From the NCBI GenBank assembly GCA_963806225.1, contig CAWDXG010000002.1:18210-82209 (forward strand): a stretch of 64,000 bases of DNA, in the 5' to 3' direction. The notes beneath the pieces are model-generated. The model ran no database searches, was not told where the DNA came from, and saw nothing but the letters and a program-made list of their open reading frames with translations. Positions 17,679 to 26,724 of the stretch are shown here, piece by piece; position 1 is the first letter of the stretch; every line of letters begins with the position of its first letter. The position numbers and the translations under genes are program-made. The DNA comes from an uncultured delta proteobacterium (GTDB lineage: Bacteria > Myxococcota_A > Polyangia > Polyangiales > Polyangiaceae).

Positions 17679-18323
17679 TTACTCAGTGCCGGCGTCGGTG
17701 ATGCCACCGGTGCCGCCGGTGCTGCCACCGGTGCCGCCCATGCCAGCCGTGCCGCCCGTGCCAGCCGTGCCGCCCGTGCCGCCCGTGCCGCCCGTGCCAG
17801 CCGTGCCGCCCGTGCCGCCGGTACCGCCCGTACCGGCATCGTTGAGACCGGCGCAGATGGTGTCAGGAATTCCCGAGCAGGTCGCGAAGTCCTGCAGGCA
17901 GTTGTTGGCGCAGAGGCACTTGTTGCACTGGACATCGCTGCCCAGACAATCCCCGACGCACTTGCTCAAACCGCAGTTGACCGACCCGACGAAGCAGGTT
18001 GCGCAATCTTTCGAGATCGAATTGTTGGTGCTCGTCTCGATGCAGTCCTGGATGCACTGGCTCTTCTCTGCGTCGGTCGACTTGTTCAGGCAGCCGCCAA
18101 GCGCGCAGTCGCGAGCGATGGTGTTGACGGAACGCGTGCCAGCGTCCGGGGTGCTGCCCGGATAGTCCTTGCCTATAGCGTCCTGATCGCTCTGACTGGT
18201 GCACTTGCCCGCGGTGGTGCCACCTGAACCCCCAGTCCCATTGTTGTCGTTGCTGGAGCAGGCGAACCCGCTCGACAGCGCTAGAGCCAGAAACGGAATC
18301 GCGACGATAAAGCGTGCTTTCAT
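17679..18323 (-). CDS. Cys-rich lipoprotein with (G-T-G-G-T/A)n tail
   Basis: The gene starts at ATG 18323. The signal peptide is MKARFIVAIPFLALALSSGFAC, and the core holds about 20 Cys. The C-terminus is GTGGTGGTGGTAGTGGTGGTGGTAGTGGTAG. GC content is visibly lower than in neighbouring genes. Confidence 0.8.
   Translation of the reverse strand: MKARFIVAIPFLALALSSGFACSSNDNNGTGGSGGTTAGKCTSQSDQDAIGKDYPGSTPDAGTRSVNTIARDCALGGCLNKSTDAEKSQCIQDCIETSTNNSISKDCATCFVGSVNCGLSKCVGDCLGSDVQCNKCLCANNCLQDFATCSGIPDTICAGLNDAGTGGTGGTGGTAGTGGTGGTGGTAGTGGTAGMGGTGGSTGGTGGITDAGTE
17697..17838 (-). repeat. Coding 9-nt tandem repeat
   Basis: GTGCCGCC(C/G) / GTGCCAGCC reiterates about 15 times on the plus strand. It encodes the Gly/Thr tail. 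Confidence 0.8.
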
Positions 18324-18549
18324 GCCGCGTACTCTGATCACGGCCTGTCCGGGAATCAATCCACATATTCCACCCGCCGGTCGTTTTTGTTGAATTGTGG
18401 CCGGCCGCCCAGCCTTCCGTCGCATCCGCGCAATCCCTGCCTGTTTGCTGATAATCTCGCGCCTTGCTGCACACTATGCAGGGGGCGACGGCGGCTCGCG
18501 CAGCGCTGCGGGTCGTGCCCAGCGATCCAGACCACCCCAAGGAGCCACG

Positions 18550-19157
<608 letters not shown>

Positions 19158-19158
<1 letters not shown>

Positions 19159-19403
19159 TGAAACGCGCGATCGCCGTGTGTAGCGTGCTTCTGCTGACCA
19201 CCGTCGCGTGCAGCAAGAAGGACAACTCGAACTCCTCGTCCACGAGCGGCCAGAGCGCGGCCGCCTCGGCGGCGCCGGCCAGCTCCGTGGCCGACTCGCA
19301 GATCCCGACCGAAGAGGACTACGAGGAAGAGGCCGCGCAGAAGGTCACCGCGCAGAACCTCGACGACCAGCTCGACAAGCTCGAGAAGGAAATCAACCAG
19401 TAG
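19158..19403 (+). CDS. Small acidic lipoprotein
   Basis: The start overlaps the upstream stop (TGATG). The signal peptide is MKRAIAVCSVLLLTTVAC. The product is 81 aa and ends DDQLDKLEKEINQ. Confidence 0.7.
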
Positions 19404-19432
19404 ACCCGCCACCCCGGCCACCCGGACAACAG

Positions 19433-19469
19433 CCGCGGGACCGGCCGAATTGGCCTGTCCCGCGGTTTT
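19433..19469 (+). terminator. Intrinsic terminator
   Basis: CCGCGGGACCGGCC-gaatt-GGCCTGTCCCGCGG forms a 14-bp stem with one mismatch, followed directly by TTTT. Confidence 0.7.
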
Positions 19470-19476
19470 GCGATAG

Positions 19477-20908
19477 GTGGCTCCGGTGCGGAGTCTGTCT
19501 TTTTCCACCAGCCTGCTGCTCGCCGGCCTGCTCGTCGCCGGCTGCAGCAATCACAAGAAAACCCACTCCTCGGCGACTGCCCCGCCCAGCGCAAAGCCGG
19601 CAGGGAGCGGCGCTTCTGCGCCGGCCGCGAGCTCGGCTGCCGCCGTGGCCAGCGCTCCGAAAGGGCGCCCGGACAAGCCGCTGAACGTCCTGCTCATCAC
19701 GGTCGACGCGATGCGCTCCGACATGCCGTGGAACGGCTACTCGCGCCCGATAGCTCCGAACCTGTCGAAGCTCGTCGCCGAGAGCGTCTACTACGACCAC
19801 GCCTACTCGATCTCGAGCTACACGGCGAAGAGCCTCGGCGGGCTACTCGCTGGGCGCTACCCGTCGACGCTGTATCGCAGCGCGTACTTCTTCACGGGCT
19901 ACTCGAAGGCCAACCTGTTCTTCAGCGAGGTGCTGCAGGAGCACGGCATCCGGACCATCGGCGGCCAGGCCCACATGTACTTCAACCGCGGCAAGGGCCT
20001 CGATCAGGGCTTCGAACGTCTGGCAGCTGGTGCCGGGCATCACGTTCGATCCGCAGACGGACAACGACATCACCAGCGACAAGATGACGAAGATGGCAAT
20101 CGACATCCTGTCGAAGCCCGAGAACACCGGAAAGCAGTTTTTCGCCTGGTTCCACTATCTGGACCCGCACGACAAGTACAACTGGCACGACATGTGTCCC
20201 AAGGACTGGGGCCACAAGGCGCGCGATCGCTACGACTGCGAGATCTTCTTCACCGATCACTACATCGGCAAGCTGCTGGACTGGGCCAAGCAGCAGAGCT
20301 GGTGGAAGAACACGGCGGTCATCCTGTCGGCCGATCACGGCGAGGCTTTCGGCGAGCACGGCGAGTACCGGCATGCGTTCGAGCTGTGGCAGGAGCTGGT
20401 GCACGTCCCCCTCGCCTTCAAGCTGCCGGGCGTCGAACCCCGCCGCGTCCACGTCCGGCGTTCGGACATCGATCTCGCGCCGACGATCGTCGATCTGATG
20501 GGCCAGAAGCCAGCCCCCAGCTTCGAAGGAAAGACGATGGTGCCGGAGCTCTACGGCGCCGAGAAGCCCGGGAATCGCGACCCGATCATCCTGGATCTAC
20601 CGAACGACACGAACAACGAGCGGCGTCGCGCGATCATCGACGGCGACTACAAGTTGATCGTGTTCGGCAACGGCTGGAAGCACGTGCTGTTCAACCTGAA
20701 GAAGGACCCCGGCGAAAAGCACGATCTGTCGCACGAAGAGCCCGACAAGTTCGAACAGATGAAGAAGCTCGAAGAGGAGACGTTCAAGAAGCTGCCGGTG
20801 ATACTCCCGTACGGCGGCATCAAGATCAAAGGCGGCAAGACCGCCAACGGGCCGATGGGTCCGCCGAAGACAGACAAGGACGCGCCCACGAAGGGAGCGG
20901 CGAAGTGA
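19477..20908 (+). pseudogene. Sulfatase-like (alkaline phosphatase superfamily) lipoprotein, frameshifted at about 20017
   Basis: The gene starts at GTG 19477, and the signal peptide is LLLAGLLVAGC. The frame breaks after GLDQGFE and resumes as VWQLVPGITFDP in the +1 frame, matching the paralog's GMDQGFDDWRVVSGIKFDN. One extra C sits in GAA-C-GTC. The rest is intact and ends at 20908. Confidence 0.7.
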
Positions 20909-22278
20909 AGCACGTCGCGAGCGTCGCCACGCTGCTTCTCGCCGGTGCCTGCGCGAGCCCCGCACCGCCACCGAGCCCCGCGCCGCTCCCTGCCCCGCCT
21001 GCGAAAGCGGCTGCGCCCGCCCAGAGCGCCCAACCCGACAAGCCCGCCGCGCCAGAGGCAAAGGCGAAGCCCGTGCCGGCCAAGCCCACTGGACCTGACC
21101 GGCCGATGAACGTGATGCTGATCCTGGTCGACAGCATGCGGGCCGACATGCCGTGGGCCGGCTATCCCCGGAAGATCGCGCCCAACCTGACGGCTCTGGA
21201 GAAAGAGAGCGTGAGCTACACGCGCGCCTACTCCGTCTCCAGCTACACCGCCAAGAGCGTCGCCGCGGTCCTTTCCGGGCAGTACCCGGACGAGCTGAAA
21301 CGCAGCGGCTACTTCTTCACCAAGTACCCGGACAGCGATCTGTTCTTCCCCGAGCTCCTGCACAAGGCCGGCGTGTACACGATGGCCACTCACGGGCACA
21401 TGTACCTGGCTCCGGGACACAGCGGAATGGACCAGGGTTTCGACGACTGGCGCGTGGTCAGCGGCATCAAGTTCGACAACACGAAGGACGACTTCGTCAC
21501 CAGCGACAAGATGACGCCGCTCGCGGAGAAGCAGCTGTCCGCAGCGCCGAAGGGCAAGCCCTTCTTCATCTACATGCACTACATGGATCCGCACAACGTC
21601 TACGTGAAGCACAAGGAGTCGCCGGACTGGGGCAACAAGCGGCGCGACAAGTACGACTCCGAGGTGTTCTTCACCGACCTGTGGATCGGCAAGCTGCTCG
21701 ACTTCTGCAAGCAGCAACCGTGGTGGAAGAAGACGGTCGTCATCGTCAGCGCCGACCACGGCGAGGCGTTCGGCGAGCATCACATGTTCCGCCATGCGTT
21801 CGAGCTCTGGAACATGCTCACCCATGTGCCGCTCTTCATCCACGTGCCGGGCGTGGATGGGCGCCACATCGACACGCCGCGCAGCGACATCGATCTAGCG
21901 CCCACGGTGCTCGACCTGATGGGCGTGAAGGGCGACGACAAGCTCGAGGGCAAGAGCCTTGTTCCGGAGCTCTACGGCGCGAAGGCCGAGCCGCGGCCGG
22001 TGCTCATCAATCTGCCGGCCGACAGCAACAACCCCGAGCGCCACGCGCTGGTGGACGGTGACTACAAGCTCTTGTCGTTCGGCAACGACTGGCGCTTCGA
22101 CCTGTACAACCTGAAGAAGGACCCAGGCGAGACGCACAAGCTCAACAAGGAAGAGCCGGACCGCCTCGAGAAGATGAAGGCGGAGTACAAGAAGCTCTGG
22201 GGCAAGGTCCCCGCCGTGAAACCCTACGGCGGCAACAAGCTCATCGGCGGCGGCGTGGCGAACGGGCCCCGCAACTAG
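20905..22278 (+). CDS. Sulfatase-like (alkaline phosphatase superfamily) lipoprotein
   Basis: GTG 20905 overlaps the upstream stop (GTGA). The signal peptide is VATLLLAGAC. Motifs are LILVDSMRADMPW, SSYTAKS and SADHGEAFGEH. It is a paralog of the upstream gene. Confidence 0.85.
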   Translation: MKHVASVATLLLAGACASPAPPPSPAPLPAPPAKAAAPAQSAQPDKPAAPEAKAKPVPAKPTGPDRPMNVMLILVDSMRADMPWAGYPRKIAPNLTALEKESVSYTRAYSVSSYTAKSVAAVLSGQYPDELKRSGYFFTKYPDSDLFFPELLHKAGVYTMATHGHMYLAPGHSGMDQGFDDWRVVSGIKFDNTKDDFVTSDKMTPLAEKQLSAAPKGKPFFIYMHYMDPHNVYVKHKESPDWGNKRRDKYDSEVFFTDLWIGKLLDFCKQQPWWKKTVVIVSADHGEAFGEHHMFRHAFELWNMLTHVPLFIHVPGVDGRHIDTPRSDIDLAPTVLDLMGVKGDDKLEGKSLVPELYGAKAEPRPVLINLPADSNNPERHALVDGDYKLLSFGNDWRFDLYNLKKDPGETHKLNKEEPDRLEKMKAEYKKLWGKVPAVKPYGGNKLIGGGVANGPRN

Positions 22279-22377
22279 CCGCCGCGCCCGGGCGCGCTCT
22301 CGCCCGGTGTCGCACATCGTCCTACCAAAGACTGCCCGGATGTTGCGGGGCTGCAGCCGGCCCGCTACGGGAACGAC

Positions 22378-23625
22378 ATGCGAATTGCTTCCTTGGTCGC
22401 GACGGGATGTGTGTGTGTGCTTCCTCTGCTGATGACCGCGTGCGGCGGCAGCAGCACCGACACCGGCGGGGGTGGTAGTGGCGGCAGCGCCGGCAGCGCG
22501 ACCGGCGGCACCGGCGGCACCGCAACGGGCGGCGCGGCCGGGACCGGCGGTGCGGCTGGAACGGGCGGGGGCGCTGGAACCGGTGGCACGGCGGGCGCCC
22601 CGACGCTGGGGCAACCCATCAGCGCGCCCGACAAGACCTGGACCTGGGTCCCCTTCCCGCAGGCGAAATGCCGGGACGGCTCCAGCACCGGCATCGGGGT
22701 CAACCTGAACAGCGCTTCGGACAAGGTCGCCATCTACCTCGAGGGCGGCGGCGCCTGCTTCAACTCGATCCTGTGCGCGACGAATCCGAGCCACTTCGAC
22801 CAGAGCACCTTCAACTCGCGCAAGGGCTCGCTGGCGGGCATCTTCGACCGCGGTCAGGCGAAGAACCCGCTCAAGGACTGGAACTACGTCTACGTGCCGT
22901 ACTGCACAGGCGACGTGCACGCGGGCGACAAGCCGGACGGCAGCATCCCCGGCCTCGCCGGAACCCAGCAGTTCGTCGGCTACAGCGACATGTCGCAGTA
23001 TCTCGCGCGGATCGTGCCGACGTTCAGCGGCGCTTCCCAGGTGCTGCTCACGGGATCCAGCGCCGGCGGCTTCGGCTCGGCGGCGAATTTCCTGCAGACC
23101 CAACGGTACTTCGGATCGGTCCCGGTGGACCTGCTCGACGACTCCGGCCCACCCATGCCTGCCCCGGCCATCCCGGCTTGCCTGGAGGACCAGCTCAGGA
23201 AGCTGTGGAACATGGACGCCACGATTCTCAAGGCCTGCGGCAGCCACTGTCCGGACAAGACCAACTACCTGTCCGACATGATCAAGTACGTGGCCGAGAA
23301 GTACCCGACGCGGCAGCTCTCCGTGGTCTCCAGCGTCGCGGACAGCACGATTCGTGGCTTCTTGTCGTTCGGCCAGAACAACTGCAACTACGCGCAGATG
23401 GGTGCCCAGCAGTTCCAGAACGGGCTGATGGACATGCGCACGGCGATGCAGAGCTACAAGAACTTCGGCACGTACTACGTCGGACAGTGCGGCTCGAACC
23501 CCTGCTCGCACCACACCTGGCTCATGGACAACGCGCACTTCTACGGAACGACCGTCGGCGGCACCGCCCTGCCCGACTACGTCGCAGCGCTCGTCTCCGG
23601 CAGTGTGAGCAACGTCGGCCCGTAG
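22378..23625 (+). CDS. Pectin acetylesterase/Notum-family lipoprotein
   Basis: The motifs YLEGGGACF, YVPYCTGDVH and LLTGSSAGGFG are present. The lipobox is LLMTAC and is followed by a Gly/Thr/Ala linker. Confidence 0.8.
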   Translation: MRIASLVATGCVCVLPLLMTACGGSSTDTGGGGSGGSAGSATGGTGGTATGGAAGTGGAAGTGGGAGTGGTAGAPTLGQPISAPDKTWTWVPFPQAKCRDGSSTGIGVNLNSASDKVAIYLEGGGACFNSILCATNPSHFDQSTFNSRKGSLAGIFDRGQAKNPLKDWNYVYVPYCTGDVHAGDKPDGSIPGLAGTQQFVGYSDMSQYLARIVPTFSGASQVLLTGSSAGGFGSAANFLQTQRYFGSVPVDLLDDSGPPMPAPAIPACLEDQLRKLWNMDATILKACGSHCPDKTNYLSDMIKYVAEKYPTRQLSVVSSVADSTIRGFLSFGQNNCNYAQMGAQQFQNGLMDMRTAMQSYKNFGTYYVGQCGSNPCSHHTWLMDNAHFYGTTVGGTALPDYVAALVSGSVSNVGP

Positions 23626-23684
23626 ACGCTGACGGCCGTCAGCCCCGGCGCGCGGTCGATTCCATTTCGACCTACCTTGGCGGC

Positions 23685-25088
23685 ATGAAGATCGATTTTC
23701 TGGGCGCTGCCCAGACTGTCACGGGCTCCATGCACCTGGTGCATACCAGCAGCGCGACGGTGCTGCTCGACTGCGGCCTGTTCCAGGGGCGGAGGCAGGA
23801 ATCACTCGAGCGCAACAAGAACCTGCCGCTCGACCCCGACCGCATCGACGCCGTGGTGCTCTCGCACGCGCACATCGACCACTCGGGCGCCTTGCCGATG
23901 CTCGTCAAGCGCGGCTACGCCGGCCCCATCTTCACCACGCCGGCCACGCACGACCTGTGCGCCGCGATGCTGGCCGACTCCGCCCGGATCCAGGCGGCAG
24001 ACGCCCGCTACATCAACAAGATGATCGAGCGCGAGCACTCCGGGATGGATCCGGTCGAGCCGCTCTACGACGAGGAGGACGTGGTCGACACGCTCGGGCA
24101 GATGGTCGCGCTCGGCTACCACCGCCGTCACCAGGTCGCGCCGGGCGTCACGCTCACCTATCTCGACGCCGGCCACGTGCTGGGTAGTGCGATCGTCGTG
24201 CTGGACATCGACGACGACGGGCAGGAGCAGCGACTGGTGTTCACCGGCGACCTGGGGCGGCGCCGCATCCCGATCCTGCGCGATCCGGAGATCCCCGACG
24301 GCGCCCACGTGCTGCTCAGCGAGAGCACCTACGGCGACCGGCTGCACGACCCTGTCGAACGCATGGACGACGATCTGGCCAAGGTCCTGCAGCGCACGCA
24401 CAAGCGCCATGGCAAGGTCGTGATCCCCTCGTTCGCGCTGGAGCGCGCGCAGGAGATCGTCTACGCGCTCAAGCGGCTGAAGAAGGCGGGGCGCATTCCG
24501 CGGATGCCGGTGTACGTCGATTCGCCGCTGACGGTGAAGATCACCGAGGTCTTCAAGATGCACCCCGAGTGCTACGACAAGGACGCCCGGACGCTGCTCG
24601 CCAGCTCCGACTCGCCCTTCGAGTTCGACGGTCTCGAGTACATCACGGACAAGGAAGACTCGAAGGCCATCGACGCCGCCGACGAGTCGTCCATCATCAT
24701 TTCCGCGAGCGGGATGTGCGAGGCGGGGCGCGTTCTGCACCACCTCAAGTCCACCATCGAGGACCCGAAGAACGCCGTGGTGATCGTCGGGTTCCAGGCG
24801 CAGCACACGCTCGGGCGCCGGCTGGTCGAACGGCGCGAGCGCGTGCGGATCTTCGGCGTGGAGCGGAACCTCCGCGCCGAAGTGACCGTGCTGAACGGCT
24901 TCAGCGCCCACGCCGACCAGGAGGATCTGATCGACTTCGCCGAGAAGGTCCGCGAGCGCGGCAAGCTCCGCGCCGTGGCGCTGGTCCACGGCGAGCCCAA
25001 GGCACAGGCCGTTCTCCGCGCACTGCTCGAGGAGCGCCATTTTCCGACCGTCCACGTCCCGGCCCGGGGCGAGACGATCCGGTTCTGA
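23685..25088 (+). CDS. MBL-fold beta-CASP hydrolase (RNA-metabolising type)
   Basis: The gene starts at ATG 23685. HAHIDHSG is present, and the late motifs GFSAHAD and LVHGE fit the beta-CASP order. The product is 467 aa. Confidence 0.85.
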   Translation: MKIDFLGAAQTVTGSMHLVHTSSATVLLDCGLFQGRRQESLERNKNLPLDPDRIDAVVLSHAHIDHSGALPMLVKRGYAGPIFTTPATHDLCAAMLADSARIQAADARYINKMIEREHSGMDPVEPLYDEEDVVDTLGQMVALGYHRRHQVAPGVTLTYLDAGHVLGSAIVVLDIDDDGQEQRLVFTGDLGRRRIPILRDPEIPDGAHVLLSESTYGDRLHDPVERMDDDLAKVLQRTHKRHGKVVIPSFALERAQEIVYALKRLKKAGRIPRMPVYVDSPLTVKITEVFKMHPECYDKDARTLLASSDSPFEFDGLEYITDKEDSKAIDAADESSIIISASGMCEAGRVLHHLKSTIEDPKNAVVIVGFQAQHTLGRRLVERRERVRIFGVERNLRAEVTVLNGFSAHADQEDLIDFAEKVRERGKLRAVALVHGEPKAQAVLRALLEERHFPTVHVPARGETIRF

Positions 25089-25130
25089 ACGCACGCTGCA
25101 CGCCCGCGGATTTTCGCCTACCCTCGGGCC

Positions 25131-25595
25131 ATGAGCGAACAGAGCCTGCAGGACCGCTACGCCCCAGAGAACCGCTGCTTCGGCTGCGGCCCCGCCAACG
25201 ACAAGGGACTGCGCATCAAGAGCTTCGTCCGGGGCGACGACGTGGTGGCGAGCTTCCAGCCCGCGCCCCACCATCTCGCGTTCGAGGGCATGCTGAACGG
25301 CGGCATCGCCGGCGCACTGCTCGACTGCCACAGCAACTGGACCGCCGCCTGGGCGATGATGCAGGACCGCGGTATCGACACGCCACCCTGCACGGTCACC
25401 GCCGAATTCCACGTCAAACTGCGTGCGCCGACGCCGATGGACAAGCCGCTCGAGCTGCACGCCAAGCCGGTCAGCGTCGAGGGCGACAAGGTCGTCGTCG
25501 AGGCACGTATCGACGCGGGGGGAAAGACCACGGCCACCTGCCGCGGCGTGTTCGTCGCGGTCAAGGAGGGCCACCCGGCCTTCCACCGCTGGTAG
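25131..25595 (+). CDS. PaaI-family hotdog thioesterase
   Basis: The 154-aa product has the N-terminal CFGCGPANDKGLRIK and the LNGGIAGALLD core typical of this family. Confidence 0.75.
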   Translation: MSEQSLQDRYAPENRCFGCGPANDKGLRIKSFVRGDDVVASFQPAPHHLAFEGMLNGGIAGALLDCHSNWTAAWAMMQDRGIDTPPCTVTAEFHVKLRAPTPMDKPLELHAKPVSVEGDKVVVEARIDAGGKTTATCRGVFVAVKEGHPAFHRW

Positions 25596-25598
25596 CGG

Positions 25599-26724
25599 CT
25601 ACTTCACGACCGAGCCGAGATCCTGATCGACCTCGCGGGCCGAGCTCTCGAGGACCTTCGCGTACCAGCGGGTGTACTCCGTGCGGGCCAGGTACTCCGG
25701 CTTGTCGCCCTTGCTGGACGGGACCTTGTACAGCTCTAGATGTCCGAGCTTGTCGCGTGAGCCGTCGAAGTAGTCCACTTCGGCAACGAGAATCCGCGGG
25801 CGAAGGCGGAGACGCGGGCTTTTCCACGTAGCTCATCACGCGCAGCCGCCCGAGCTTGTCGAGCCAGTTTCCGGCGGTCTCGTCCAGCTTCGTCGGCGAG
25901 GCCGCGTCCGCCCAGGCATCGCGCTTGTCCGGCATGCGAACCAGATCGCGGTGCGACTTGCCCTTGCTGACGCGCATGCGCTTGACCTCCTCGGGCTTGA
26001 ACCCGTGCAGGTCGTGTTCCACCAGGCGCGACTCGGCAAACATCATGTTCCGGCTGATCTCGCCCGGAATCGCGTACACCAGGCCGGTGGCCTTTTCGCG
26101 CGCATAGCGGTCGCCGCCGCCGGGCGTCGTCCCGCCGAGCACCAGCGTGTGCTGCTTTCCGCCGATGACGACGTGGAGCGTGCCGCTCGGCTTGTCCAGG
26201 CCGAAGTCCGGCTCGCGCGACTTGTCGACCTTGCCGATGGACCGGTAGGCCATCAGCGGCGCCAGGCTCTTGACCAGCTTGTCGGCGCCCTCCACCGAGA
26301 CAAAGCTCATCGCCTCGTGGTGCGTGACCATCTCCGGCTTCGCGGGCGGCTTCGGTTTCTCTGCTCCCGCGTCCCCCGACCTGGCTGCCGCGCCGCCGGC
26401 GTCCGTCGCCGTGGTGCCGGAGTCACCCGGTGCGCCCGCGTCGGTCGTTTCCGGGGGCGGCGTGGGTTTGGGACTCTGGTAGGTCCGGTCCACCGTGCCG
26501 ACGTACCAGTGCCCGTGAGCGTCCTTGTGGGCAACCAGCGTGACCTTGCGCTTGTCGCCGTCGAACTCGACGCGCTGGACCTGGTCCGGAGCGCCGGCCC
26601 AGACCTTCACCTGCTCGCGCGCCTCGGCCACGGGCTTGTCGCTCCGCGTCCACACGAGCAGCGCGAGCACGGCCGCCACCACCAGGAGCCCGCCGTGGAG
26701 CAGCAGTCCCTTGAAGCCGCTCAT
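25599..26724 (-). pseudogene. DUF4340-like protein (last gene of the ABC/GldG operon), frameshifted near 25800-25830
   Basis: The gene starts at ATG 26724 (ATGA overlap) and has an N-terminal TM. After ..LRVMSYVEKP the listed frame turns to Arg/Gly junk. The adjacent frame reads RILVAEVDYFDGSRDKLGHLELYKVPSSKGDKPEYLARTEYTRWYAKVLESSAREVDQDLGSVVK and ends at TAG 25599. Confidence 0.65.

Noticed and set aside
17697-17838. Short-period tandem repeats as non-coding VNTR or CRISPR-like arrays (also 14346-14555 and 53991-54106).
   Set aside because: All are in frame within good ORFs and encode Gly/Thr, Asp/Ser/Ala or Lys/Pro/Ala low-complexity linkers.
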